A stretch of 64,000 bases of DNA from positions 96,001 through 160,000 of IMG/VR virus record IMGVR_UViG_2974782369_000001. The stretch is one strand, 5' to 3'. Within the stretch, counting starts at the first letter, position 1. Each line of letters begins with the position of its first letter. Positions 17,347-26,001 of this stretch are shown in pieces. Made by a program: the position numbers and the translations under genes. Origin of the DNA: a virus. Lineage: Duplodnaviria; Caudoviricetes. A model generated the notes under the pieces. That model saw only the letters and a program-made list of their open reading frames with translations, did not search any database and had not been told where the DNA came from.

Positions 17347-19064
17347 GAATCATCCGATAGTTTTGAAAAGTCATTAACCTTTTCAAATTTTAATGTGCGT
17401 AAGAATTTATCTACCAAGATCTCACCCTTATGTGAGATTACAAATACGTTGGTCTCATTACCGAGACTGCGAAGAATTTTAAGGAGCTCATTAGTGCCTT
17501 CCGTATCAAGAGATGAGTCAAAGACTTCATCCAAGATAAGAAGATTAGTTGCTACAGAGTTTTTCATTCTTGCAACTTCTCTCCAAGTAAACAAAAGTGC
17601 TAGATCGATCTTTTGCTTTTCTCCTTCAGAAAACGAAGCATAACTAAATTCATCCCTGAAGCGACTCTTAATAACTTCGTTAAACTCTTCGTCAAGTGTG
17701 AAGTTGACATAGAAGTCCATCGATTGCAAATATTTATTAATCAGTTGATTAAAAACTGGAATATATTTTTTGATAATCTGACTTTTAATACCACTGTCTT
17801 TTAGAAGATACGAAGCAACGTTGTATTCATCAAGTCTCCTACTAATATCTCCACAATTAATTCTATTTTTTTCCAATTCTTTAGTAGCAACACTAAGACT
17901 GGTTTCGGCATCAGAAATAGTAGTAGTATTTGAGTGATGATCAATCAGTTGTTTTTGAATTTCTAGATTCTCAAACTCAAGACGGACAATTTCTCTCTCA
18001 AGAATATTGATCTCACTACGAATTTCATGTGCCTGAGAAGACTTCTCATCCATCTCAGTAAGTTGTGCTGTCAGTCTATCAATCTCCTTTTCAATATTCC
18101 AAACTTCTTTTGTAATAACGCTACCCTGATCACTCAAGGATTCGATTTGTTTTTCTTTGAAGTTATCTTGAATACTTTGTCCACAAGTAGGACAATCACT
18201 ATGACTTTCAAAAAACTTAACGTCTCCAATAAGTCTCTTAATGTCAGACTTTTTGACTGCTCGGTCTTGCTTGAATTTTGAAACATTCTGCTTCGTCTCA
18301 TTATATGCGGTCAAATCAAATTCCACCATGCCGAGTTGCTTCTGCTTTTCGACAAGTTTGATTTGCGTATCATCAATTTTAATAAGATTTTCCGATACCT
18401 TATTTTCTTTCTCTTTTAGATAATTTGTATTAACTTCTCGGAGTGAATCAATAAGTTTTTTCTTTGATGTTACTTTCTCTACAGATAACTCAAGCAAATG
18501 CTCACAATCTTTACTCTGTGCTTGTGCTGCTCGTATCTTGTCTTTTAGCATCGAATTCATCGATGAGAAAATACCAATATCTAGAAGATCTTCGATAACC
18601 TCTCTTCGATGAGCAGCAGCAAGCTGCATAAAAGGCACAAAAGTGCTACTACCAAGAATAACAACCTGAGTGAAAGACTTGTAGTTAAGTTTAAGTACAG
18701 ACTGCTCAAGGTATTTCTGAGTGTCTTTTGCTGCCGCATCTTGATCTACCAGTTTGTTGTTTTTGTAAATCTCGAATGTGTTGGGTTTGATCCCACGAAA
18801 CACCCGATAGTCATCAGGACCAATACTAAAACAAACTTCAACCTTCAAACCCTTTTCGTTAATACTATTAACAAGTTGAGGTTTGTTAATCTTACGAAAC
18901 GGTTTATTGAATAAAGCAAAACATAGTGCATCTAAAATGGTGGACTTTCCTGCACCATTCTGACCGATAATAAGAGTAGATGGACTTTCATCAAATTTAA
19001 CTTCAGTCCACTGGTCACCTGTTGAGAGAAAATTCTTCCAACGAATAGTTTCAAATAAGATCAT
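17343..19064 (-). CDS. g46: Recombination endonuclease ATPase subunit gp46 (SbcC-like)
   Basis: KNFLSTG, GQNGAGKST, CPTC hook, FSEGEK, LILDE. Confidence 0.96.
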   Translation of the reverse strand: MILFETIRWKNFLSTGDQWTEVKFDESPSTLIIGQNGAGKSTILDALCFALFNKPFRKINKPQLVNSINEKGLKVEVCFSIGPDDYRVFRGIKPNTFEIYKNNKLVDQDAAAKDTQKYLEQSVLKLNYKSFTQVVILGSSTFVPFMQLAAAHRREVIEDLLDIGIFSSMNSMLKDKIRAAQAQSKDCEHLLELSVEKVTSKKKLIDSLREVNTNYLKEKENKVSENLIKIDDTQIKLVEKQKQLGMVEFDLTAYNETKQNVSKFKQDRAVKKSDIKRLIGDVKFFESHSDCPTCGQSIQDNFKEKQIESLSDQGSVITKEVWNIEKEIDRLTAQLTEMDEKSSQAHEIRSEINILEREIVRLEFENLEIQKQLIDHHSNTTTISDAETSLSVATKELEKNRINCGDISRRLDEYNVASYLLKDSGIKSQIIKKYIPVFNQLINKYLQSMDFYVNFTLDEEFNEVIKSRFRDEFSYASFSEGEKQKIDLALLFTWREVARMKNSVATNLLILDEVFDSSLDTEGTNELLKILRSLGNETNVFVISHKGEILVDKFLRTLKFEKVNDFSKLSDDS

Positions 19065-19315
19065 TGGTTGGGGGGTATAACAAAATCATTAGATGTAATT
19101 ACTGAATATCCATATCCATAATTTTCACAATTCACTGCCACGGTGCTCAATTCAACTTCCATGACCTCAAGATCATCATCAAGATCATCTGCTAGTAGCA
19201 ACTCCTGATATCTAATGGCATCATCTTCTTCTTCAAAAACCTGCACAGTTTTGACTCGATCTTTATCAAAGACGGCATAAACACCACCAGTATTTTTGTC
19301 CGTAAGGATATACAT
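19061..19315 (-). CDS. DUF3110-like hypothetical protein
   Basis: FEEEDDAIRY..LL.A; lies between g47 and g46. Confidence 0.7.
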   Translation of the reverse strand: MYILTDKNTGGVYAVFDKDRVKTVQVFEEEDDAIRYQELLLADDLDDDLEVMEVELSTVAVNCENYGYGYSVITSNDFVIPPNQ

Positions 19316-20337
19316 TAGAGCTCACATGCTTCGATGTACAGAGATCTCATAAGAGATTTGATGTTGTTATTGTCAACTTTTAGGTCGATACCATCTATGT
19401 ATTTATCCAGGAGGGTTAAGGTGTCTTCGGTTTCCATCACTTCGCCACTCATTTCAACAGAAAGATCTTCAATAATTTTTAGATCTGCAAGACCAATATC
19501 CTGCAAGAGTTTGACATCATAATCAAAATTGGCATTGTCTCCTTTATCCTCAACAATAAGTTTGACGTATGTGCCTTGCAAATTATCTGGCACATCCATA
19601 CCAGCATTGTAATTGATTTTATGAAACATGTCAAATGGATTGCGGTAGAAGGTGGTCTTTAATGTCTCAGTATCAAAAACATGGAATCCCCTTTTACATC
19701 CATAGTCATTCCAATACAACTGATATGGATTACCAAGATATGTAATGTTACCTTTAGTGGACTTCATATGATAGTGTCCACTGAATACTTTTTTGAATTT
19801 GGAGAATATAGAAGACTCCATACCAGACTCCATCACATGCCCAGGGTGAGCCTCAAAACCGTTAAGCTCAAGATGGCCCATGCAGACATCAGCAGTACTG
19901 TTTGCAATTTCATCGAATGCTCGATCTCTGTTGTCATCACAAATCCAAGGAAGAAGAAGTATATCACGACCGCCAAAGTTAACAGTGGTAGGACTGTCAT
20001 GGACTGTGATATTTCCGTATTCTCCAAGTAGCTCTCTAGGGGCATTGACTCTCAGGGTATTCTTGTAATAGATGTCATGATTACCCGCGAGCATATGCAT
20101 CGATACACCCATGTCCTCAAGAGGATTAAACCACATTTCCTTTGCCTCATTCAGAGACATGAAATTGATAGACCTTCGTTTATCAAAGGTATCACCAAGA
20201 GCAATCACTGTGCTAATCTTAGATACCTTGATAAAAGGGACAACTATTTGGTTGTAAAACTTTTTATATAAATTTAGAAATGCCTGATTGTCATTGCGTA
20301 CACCAAAATGCTGGTCAGTTATCAGGAGAATCTTCAT
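19315..20337 (-). CDS. g47: Recombination endonuclease nuclease subunit gp47 (SbcD-like)
   Basis: TDQHFG, GDTFD, GNHD, SGHYH phosphoesterase motifs. Confidence 0.96.
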   Translation of the reverse strand: MKILLITDQHFGVRNDNQAFLNLYKKFYNQIVVPFIKVSKISTVIALGDTFDKRRSINFMSLNEAKEMWFNPLEDMGVSMHMLAGNHDIYYKNTLRVNAPRELLGEYGNITVHDSPTTVNFGGRDILLLPWICDDNRDRAFDEIANSTADVCMGHLELNGFEAHPGHVMESGMESSIFSKFKKVFSGHYHMKSTKGNITYLGNPYQLYWNDYGCKRGFHVFDTETLKTTFYRNPFDMFHKINYNAGMDVPDNLQGTYVKLIVEDKGDNANFDYDVKLLQDIGLADLKIIEDLSVEMSGEVMETEDTLTLLDKYIDGIDLKVDNNNIKSLMRSLYIEACEL

Positions 20338-20807
20338 CGTTTGGTGTTTATTGCAATGCGTGATTTAATCTGATTATACTCGGATCCACCATCTCCGTCA
20401 ACCGAGAAGACTTCATCGTATCCAGACTTCTCAAGAATTTTCTCCTTAATATCCATCTGCCTTTTTTCTTTAGCGATGCGTCTCAAGAAAGCATAGTATA
20501 CAATCTGTGTAAAGTATGCAAATGGATTCTTAGATTTTTCTGGATCGAAGTTATCAATATATTGAATACAGTTTTCAATGCCATCACACACCATGTCGTC
20601 CTTATACATGTAGTTAATGAAGTTGGGACGATATGATAGGTGGGTAGCAATCTTCAAGAAGCATCCGCCAATGTAATTGTTGACTCGTGGTTTTGGAAGT
20701 CCACGAATTTCAGCAATCTCCACCTTCTCCTTATACTTGATAAGAGCAGCAAGAAATTCCTTATTATCAACGTAATGTTGTTTTTTCTTTGGTGGAGTTG
20801 ATTTCAT
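20334..20807 (-). CDS. g55: Late sigma factor gp55
   Basis: HYVDNKEF, PNFINY, NPFAYFTQI.YYAFLRRI.KEK. Confidence 0.96.
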   Translation of the reverse strand: MKSTPPKKKQHYVDNKEFLAALIKYKEKVEIAEIRGLPKPRVNNYIGGCFLKIATHLSYRPNFINYMYKDDMVCDGIENCIQYIDNFDPEKSKNPFAYFTQIVYYAFLRRIAKEKRQMDIKEKILEKSGYDEVFSVDGDGGSEYNQIKSRIAINTKR

Positions 20808-20832
20808 ATGACGTATACTTTTTCATGTTTGT

Positions 20833-20861
20833 ATTATAGCACACTAGTAAAGACTTGACAA
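20833..20861 (-). promoter_or_regulatory. Sigma70 promoter for g55
   Basis: TTGTCA-N17-TATAAT with extended -10 TGc. Confidence 0.75.
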
Positions 20862-20883
20862 CTACCTATTTTCTCTGTAGAAT
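20855..20883 (+). promoter_or_regulatory. Divergent (antisense) sigma70 promoter
   Basis: TTGACA-N17-TAGAAT pointing into the 3' end of the 20891-21325 gene. Confidence 0.55.
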
Positions 20884-20890
20884 AACACTG

Positions 20891-21325
20891 TCAGGGTTGA
20901 TTGGGATTCTTATAGATCTTTTCAAAGATCTTTCTTGCATCATCAATACTTCCTAGGTATCCCATTTCTTTTTGGGGTGCCACTTTTTTTCGGTCGGTTG
21001 GTTTAACAACTTGCTCACCGTTTACATATGCCTCATACATGAAGATGTATTCTTTAGACATCGATGCTAGAGAAATAACATCCTTCTCTCTGACAATGAA
21101 AAAATCTTCATCAGATAGTTGCATCCAGTGAGCAAAACCCATTCCTCGGGCAACTCTACCATCTTCGGTTTCTTTGGTGAAGATCTCGATCGTAACTGGA
21201 TTAGTTAAGAAAATAATTGATTCGCCTTGATCTTCTGTAATTACTGCTCTACCGCAAACTTCTTCACCATTTACTAGTTTGAAAATGCCGTAGAATTCTT
21301 CGTCGTGTTTTGCGTAATTAATCAT
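20891..21325 (-). CDS. Conserved T4-like cyanophage hypothetical protein (Sm-like) downstream of uvsW
   Basis: FKLVNGEE...WMQLSDEDFF...MGYLGSIDDARKIFEKIY. Confidence 0.8.
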   Translation of the reverse strand: MINYAKHDEEFYGIFKLVNGEEVCGRAVITEDQGESIIFLTNPVTIEIFTKETEDGRVARGMGFAHWMQLSDEDFFIVREKDVISLASMSKEYIFMYEAYVNGEQVVKPTDRKKVAPQKEMGYLGSIDDARKIFEKIYKNPNQP

Positions 21326-22787
21326 AAGCTTTTACTTTTACGTCTATGATTTCATAATCAAATTTTTCTTCGTTATATACTTTGATTCTTTCCATCAAAT
21401 GATTCAGAGTATAGTTATTTCCCCTGTCGGTAGAAATATCGTCAGCAAGATCATATAGTGTTGCTTGTGATTTGTTTTCGCCTTTCCTTAGCACACGACC
21501 AATTGATTGTAGATTGCGTACTCTGGACTTAGAAGGAGAAGCGAAAATAACGTTATGTAATCTTTTAATGTTGATGCCTGTAGAAAATGTGCCGTATGAA
21601 GCAACGATAATAGCATTATCAGATTGCTCAGTTAATACACGGATGTCCTCACGGTCATCAACATCAACACCACCATGCACTAGATGCACGGGTCTGTTTG
21701 TATGACTATTTATCAATTCGTAAAGGGGGATCCCGTGACGATCTACATAATTGAATAGGACTAAAGTATTTCCTTTTAGATCGCAGGCAAGGTTGCGAAT
21801 AAATTTATTTCTCCCCTCATGCTCAATTAGGTAATCAATCTCATCTTGATATCCCTCAAATAGTTTTTCTTCATGTTTCATCAGGACAATTTTAACTTTA
21901 AGTTTGGCAACATGCCCTGCCTTCATTAATTCATTAGTGCGTGTGACTTGAGAGCATCTACCAAATACACCTTCTAGCACCAGTTGATTTACATTTGCAC
22001 CGTCTAATGTCCCAGTAAATCCGATTCGATACTTACACTCATGCAACTTAGACATCAAAGAGGTAAGAGATTTAGCTTTGAAAAGGTGTGCCTCGTCACC
22101 AATCACGACATCAAACCTGTCAAACCACTTACGCGGTTCCTTATAGATAGACTGCCAAGTGGTAATTACCACCTGATGTTTCGTGTATTTTTCTGCCCCC
22201 GCATATATTTTGTGGCAGTATTCGGACGCCATCCATCCATATTCTTCAAAGTCCTTATACATCTGCTCCACCAAGCTGGTGGTAGGGACTACAATGAGAA
22301 TATCTCTATTTAAATTCACATGATATCTAACCAATGCGTAAATCATTAACGACTTACCTGATGCTGTTGGTGATAGCAGTAAACGTCTATTATACTTTAG
22401 AGCTTCATAGATTGCTTTATACTGATAGTCCCGCACAGGGAATGGTAAGTGTAGAGACTTCACAAACCCCGCTACACCTTGAGGAGTAATTAAATCATTC
22501 TGTGCTAAAGGGTGACCGAAGAATTTACATTCCTCCATCTCATACCTATATCCCCTTTCATCCGCCCAGTCCAAGAGGTAGTCAATGAGACCAACATATA
22601 TCTCTCCTGTTCCTGGGGAATAGAGACGGATTTTTCCATCCCATCCTTTATATCTTTTATTCTTCTGCATGAATTTTGCAGACTCTACCTCAAATGTAAA
22701 GAAGTCTGCTAATTCGTAATTGATGTGTGGCTCTGCTTCGACCTTTAGATAAACTTCATTCTTCTTTCTGATCTTCAAATCAAACAT
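21318..22787 (-). CDS. uvsW: RNA-DNA/DNA-DNA helicase UvsW
   Basis: RDYQ, PTASGKS, DEAH, TGT, STGINI, QSIGRVLR. Confidence 0.96.
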   Translation of the reverse strand: MFDLKIRKKNEVYLKVEAEPHINYELADFFTFEVESAKFMQKNKRYKGWDGKIRLYSPGTGEIYVGLIDYLLDWADERGYRYEMEECKFFGHPLAQNDLITPQGVAGFVKSLHLPFPVRDYQYKAIYEALKYNRRLLLSPTASGKSLMIYALVRYHVNLNRDILIVVPTTSLVEQMYKDFEEYGWMASEYCHKIYAGAEKYTKHQVVITTWQSIYKEPRKWFDRFDVVIGDEAHLFKAKSLTSLMSKLHECKYRIGFTGTLDGANVNQLVLEGVFGRCSQVTRTNELMKAGHVAKLKVKIVLMKHEEKLFEGYQDEIDYLIEHEGRNKFIRNLACDLKGNTLVLFNYVDRHGIPLYELINSHTNRPVHLVHGGVDVDDREDIRVLTEQSDNAIIVASYGTFSTGINIKRLHNVIFASPSKSRVRNLQSIGRVLRKGENKSQATLYDLADDISTDRGNNYTLNHLMERIKVYNEEKFDYEIIDVKVKAYD

Positions 22788-23331
22788 AAGGCGGACCATA
22801 AAACCATGCTACAAGGGATTTTCTATGTCCAGCAGTGACGGGACGGACCCTATGCCATTGATCTGCTAGAAAGAAAACTGCGGAATACTTTTTGGGTTTG
22901 ATAGTAACAAACCTTTGTGTATCCCCTGGTTTATATATCTCCAAATCAAACTCGCCTCCTTCGTAGTCATCATTAAGGAAGAGAGACATGCTGATTTTTC
23001 TTACCACACCATTGATTATCTTTGGATGCTGATCAATATGCCAATCGTAGAATCCACCTTCACCGTAAGATCCAAACTGCACAGGTTCTACACCAGTGAT
23101 GTTTAGATTCCAATGTGCTCCTCTGTTAATTTGTTTTACCATACGCAAAAGCATGAGCAAAAGACTTTGGTCTTTCACCCATGCTACGTCGGTCATTCTT
23201 TTTGTGCCGCTTTTTTGATTATATAATCTTCCTTCTTCCCACTCTAATGTAGCAGTTGTTATTGCTTTCTGGACTGTTGCTATGGAGTCACGATTGAAGG
23301 TGACTTGCTTGTAGAAGAGACCGTAATTCAT
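22780..23331 (-). CDS. 2OG-Fe(II) oxygenase
   Basis: YDWHID, RKISMS, YEGGEF, WHRVRPV..G.RKSLV.W. Confidence 0.9.
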   Translation of the reverse strand: MNYGLFYKQVTFNRDSIATVQKAITTATLEWEEGRLYNQKSGTKRMTDVAWVKDQSLLLMLLRMVKQINRGAHWNLNITGVEPVQFGSYGEGGFYDWHIDQHPKIINGVVRKISMSLFLNDDYEGGEFDLEIYKPGDTQRFVTIKPKKYSAVFFLADQWHRVRPVTAGHRKSLVAWFYGPPYV

Positions 23332-23765
23332 TAGAAACCATTCTTAAATTTCTCCCACTCAATTGCATTTTTGATTTGGAATGTCCTGTTGTTTATTTGT
23401 TTCAGTACACTTTCAAGAAATACTAGAGTCTGATCTATGTATGCAATCTTATACTGAAGTTTTTTGATGTCGTCATCAGCATCAATAAACATAGAGATCT
23501 CTTCCTTAGTGGTGAGTTTGAGATCAAATGGCATCTCCTTATAGACCGAAGATGGTGCCTTACCCTTATAATACAACCACTTATCACGGACAAGTTGATT
23601 CAATTCCAACTCTCTTTCTTTTTTCATTAAGGAGTATGTATTGAAAAACTCCATATATTTCATATGAAGTTGTGGCACTTTAGTGGATTCTTCACAATAT
23701 AGATCAGTGTCAATGACACTATCTTTTCTCCACATTCCTTGAAGCGTTTCTAAATTCATTATCAA
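23331..23765 (-). CDS. uvsY: Recombination mediator UvsY
   Basis: W.KDS.ID, PQLH.KY, WLYYKGK, NNRTFQIKNAIEW. Confidence 0.92.
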   Translation of the reverse strand: MIMNLETLQGMWRKDSVIDTDLYCEESTKVPQLHMKYMEFFNTYSLMKKERELELNQLVRDKWLYYKGKAPSSVYKEMPFDLKLTTKEEISMFIDADDDIKKLQYKIAYIDQTLVFLESVLKQINNRTFQIKNAIEWEKFKNGF

Positions 23766-24162
23766 ATCCTATAAATGCGTCGTTCCAGTCCCCCGAGTAA
23801 TCCCACGGGTCAGGTATTTGTATCTTAGTGCTTGAAGGTGCCACGCTTGTGCTAGGCTCTTCGGTCCCTCTTTCAACAACTGGATTTCTAATTCTGAGAG
23901 AGGGAAGGTTGGGCACGCTAGAAGGTCCCTCTTCCACTGTTGGTCGTTGCTCATTTTCTTGCCATTGTTTTTTAATTTCCTCTGCTTGACGGTCAACGGA
24001 GTCCATCTCCAACTCTACTTTACCATCTACCCAGTGTTTATACAACCATTCAATGAAACCCAATGCGAGATGATTGATGGGAAACTTTTGTTTGTTTGCC
24101 CACCTCTTACTTTTGGTATACCAAGTATCTTCACCACCCCATTGGTGCTCAAATTTGATCAT
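23719..24162 (-). CDS. Hypothetical protein
   Basis: 147 aa, ATGA-coupled to g3; the C-terminal half overlaps a nested ORF. Confidence 0.65.
   Translation of the reverse strand: MIKFEHQWGGEDTWYTKSKRWANKQKFPINHLALGFIEWLYKHWVDGKVELEMDSVDRQAEEIKKQWQENEQRPTVEEGPSSVPNLPSLRIRNPVVERGTEEPSTSVAPSSTKIQIPDPWDYSGDWNDAFIGFDNEFRNASRNVEKR
23769..23954 (-). CDS. 61-aa hypothetical protein nested in another frame
   Basis: MSNDQQWKRDLL...LKEGPKSLAQAWHLQALRYKY; ends 3 nt before the uvsY ORF. Confidence 0.5.
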   Translation of the reverse strand: MSNDQQWKRDLLACPTFPLSELEIQLLKEGPKSLAQAWHLQALRYKYLTRGITRGTGTTHL

Positions 24163-24707
24163 CGCCGTGTCTGCCTATTCTTTTCTCTTACTTCGTAGAG
24201 AGTATACTTGAATGTGACTGTTGCGGTTAAGAAATCATTGTCCCCACCAGTGACATCAAACGACAGTGTAGATAATTCTGTTGGCCAAAGACTCTTAAAC
24301 ACAACGTCAAAGTTTACATTGTTGTTGTTATTTAAAACTTGGAGAGTGCCATCGGAGAAACGATACTCCTGTCTTTCTACGGTTTGATTCGTATCTTTAA
24401 AATCAGTCCTATCAGAAATACTTTGTGGCGTGCCTAATGCACGCATCCAGTTGTGAATTTCCATGTAGTTGCGTAGATCTTCATCCACGATAAACTCCAA
24501 ACTAAAATCGCCATAGGAAATATTACCTTCCACAGGAATAGGGACTAAACCCCTAGTTGGAATCTGCACATCACCTACAGAAATTGATGGAATCTCTGCC
24601 GACTGGCACAAGAAAGAAACCTTTCTTGCCTTATCCAATGTGAATATAAATCCAATTGGAGAAAGAAAGTTTCTATTTGTTAGTTGATCTTCGTACCAGT
24701 TTGCCAT
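24159..24707 (-). CDS. g3: Tail completion/tube terminator gp3
   Basis: NRNFLSPIGF, FIVDEDLRNY.EIHNW, SDGTL, P..LS.L.F; late promoter CATAAATA at 24721-24728. Confidence 0.9.
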   Translation of the reverse strand: MANWYEDQLTNRNFLSPIGFIFTLDKARKVSFLCQSAEIPSISVGDVQIPTRGLVPIPVEGNISYGDFSLEFIVDEDLRNYMEIHNWMRALGTPQSISDRTDFKDTNQTVERQEYRFSDGTLQVLNNNNNVNFDVVFKSLWPTELSTLSFDVTGGDNDFLTATVTFKYTLYEVREKNRQTRR

Positions 24708-24715
24708 GTTGGTTT

Positions 24716-25360
24716 TTAGTTATTTATGATTGTGCTGGTGTCCAATCCAATATTTCCTGAGACTGAAATTCTATCCTCAGCACAATCGAAAAATGGATAG
24801 ACCTGATGATTTAATTTAGATGGAAACATTACTAACATTCCCTCATGCTCATCCGAAAGTTTATATTGGTGCAGAGAAATTTCTCCTAATATATTTGTAT
24901 ATGCAAATTCAAATGCTGATATTACTTGTGAATTTGCATTTTTACTTATTGGATTTTTATTTTGCTGCTCAAATGTAGTTGGTATTTTCATCCAAATAGC
25001 AAAACTATATACACCAGTGTGGCAGTGTATAGGATTAAATTCATTTTGTTTTTGGTAGTTTACCCACCAAGAGTGTAACTGAAATGCATGTTTATGATTT
25101 ACGGGAATTTTATCTCCCAAATTTGAGAATGCCTCTCCATAAATTTGTACGAGTGGTAGAAGAGTATTGTGCCAAAATAGATCCTCAATATCTTCTAACA
25201 AATTACTTTCATGTATATTGCCAGCAAGATTGCCCTTAAATGTTTCCGTTTCTCTTTGTTCTATGCATTTCCAGATGTGACCAATTTCATCCCTATTTAA
25301 TTTTTTCTCCAACCATCCAACGTTTGGTGGAGTAACAACACGAATTTCACCTTCTTTCAT
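24716..25360 (-). CDS. Putative 2OG-Fe(II) oxygenase
   Basis: WVNYQ...EFNPIHCH...FPSKLNHQVYPF...RISVSGN. Confidence 0.8.
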   Translation of the reverse strand: MKEGEIRVVTPPNVGWLEKKLNRDEIGHIWKCIEQRETETFKGNLAGNIHESNLLEDIEDLFWHNTLLPLVQIYGEAFSNLGDKIPVNHKHAFQLHSWWVNYQKQNEFNPIHCHTGVYSFAIWMKIPTTFEQQNKNPISKNANSQVISAFEFAYTNILGEISLHQYKLSDEHEGMLVMFPSKLNHQVYPFFDCAEDRISVSGNIGLDTSTIINN

Positions 25361-25617
25361 TAGACAAACAAACCCCGATCTTTCATATATTGAAGAGTTT
25401 CTTTCAAACCACCAACGTGCTTAAACCCTATATTAATTTGTGGATAATCGGCACCTTCACCAAACTCTTTATCAAATCCTTTTTGGGTAAAATGCTGTCC
25501 TAGTTTATATTCTAAAAATTCACCGCCAAGAGATTTAAGGAGCATTGCAATACGCTCACATTCTTGACTGCCATTACTGTAAATCACTACCGTTTCAGTC
25601 ACGTTGCCTCCAATCAT
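25360..25617 (-). CDS. Glutaredoxin-like protein lacking CxxC
   Basis: IYS...QECER...YPQI...HVGG thioredoxin-fold pattern; a single Cys. Confidence 0.75.
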   Translation of the reverse strand: MIGGNVTETVVIYSNGSQECERIAMLLKSLGGEFLEYKLGQHFTQKGFDKEFGEGADYPQINIGFKHVGGLKETLQYMKDRGLFV

Positions 25618-25909
25618 CAGATTTGTCTTGCTTAAACCAATCTACAATTTCATCTGCAGATTGAAACCCCTTTTTGTAATTAGATGGGTCGGGGTCTCCT
25701 AGTCCCATCTTATTCATAAAATCATCCATGCTTCCTTCTTGGATGTCGCCAGATGCTTGTCGTCTTGCTTTATTTAACCAGTCTCTAGCAGTTGTATATC
25801 TCTTGGCAAGTTTCTCTGCCCAAATCATATCCTCTAGTTTTACTTCTTCGTTGTTTGCAATACGCTGGCAAATAAATTCTAACCGCAGTCGGTATTGTGT
25901 AGACAGCAT
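25595..25909 (-). CDS. Conserved cyanophage hypothetical protein
   Basis: MLSTQYRLRLEFIC...DMIWAEKL...GLGDPDP; late promoter CCTAAATA at 25932-25939. Confidence 0.8.
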   Translation of the reverse strand: MLSTQYRLRLEFICQRIANNEEVKLEDMIWAEKLAKRYTTARDWLNKARRQASGDIQEGSMDDFMNKMGLGDPDPSNYKKGFQSADEIVDWFKQDKSDDWRQRD

Positions 25910-25941
25910 ACACCCCTCTTCACACCTTGATTATTTAGGAC

Positions 25942-25968
25942 AAAAAAAGAGGGGTCCGAAGACCCCTC
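25942..25968 (-). terminator. Rho-independent terminator after g23
   Basis: GAGGGGTC-TTCG-GACCCCTC-TTTTTTT. Confidence 0.92.
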
Positions 25969-26001
25969 AACACTTCCTTCACACGGTAAAGGTATTTATC
26001 A

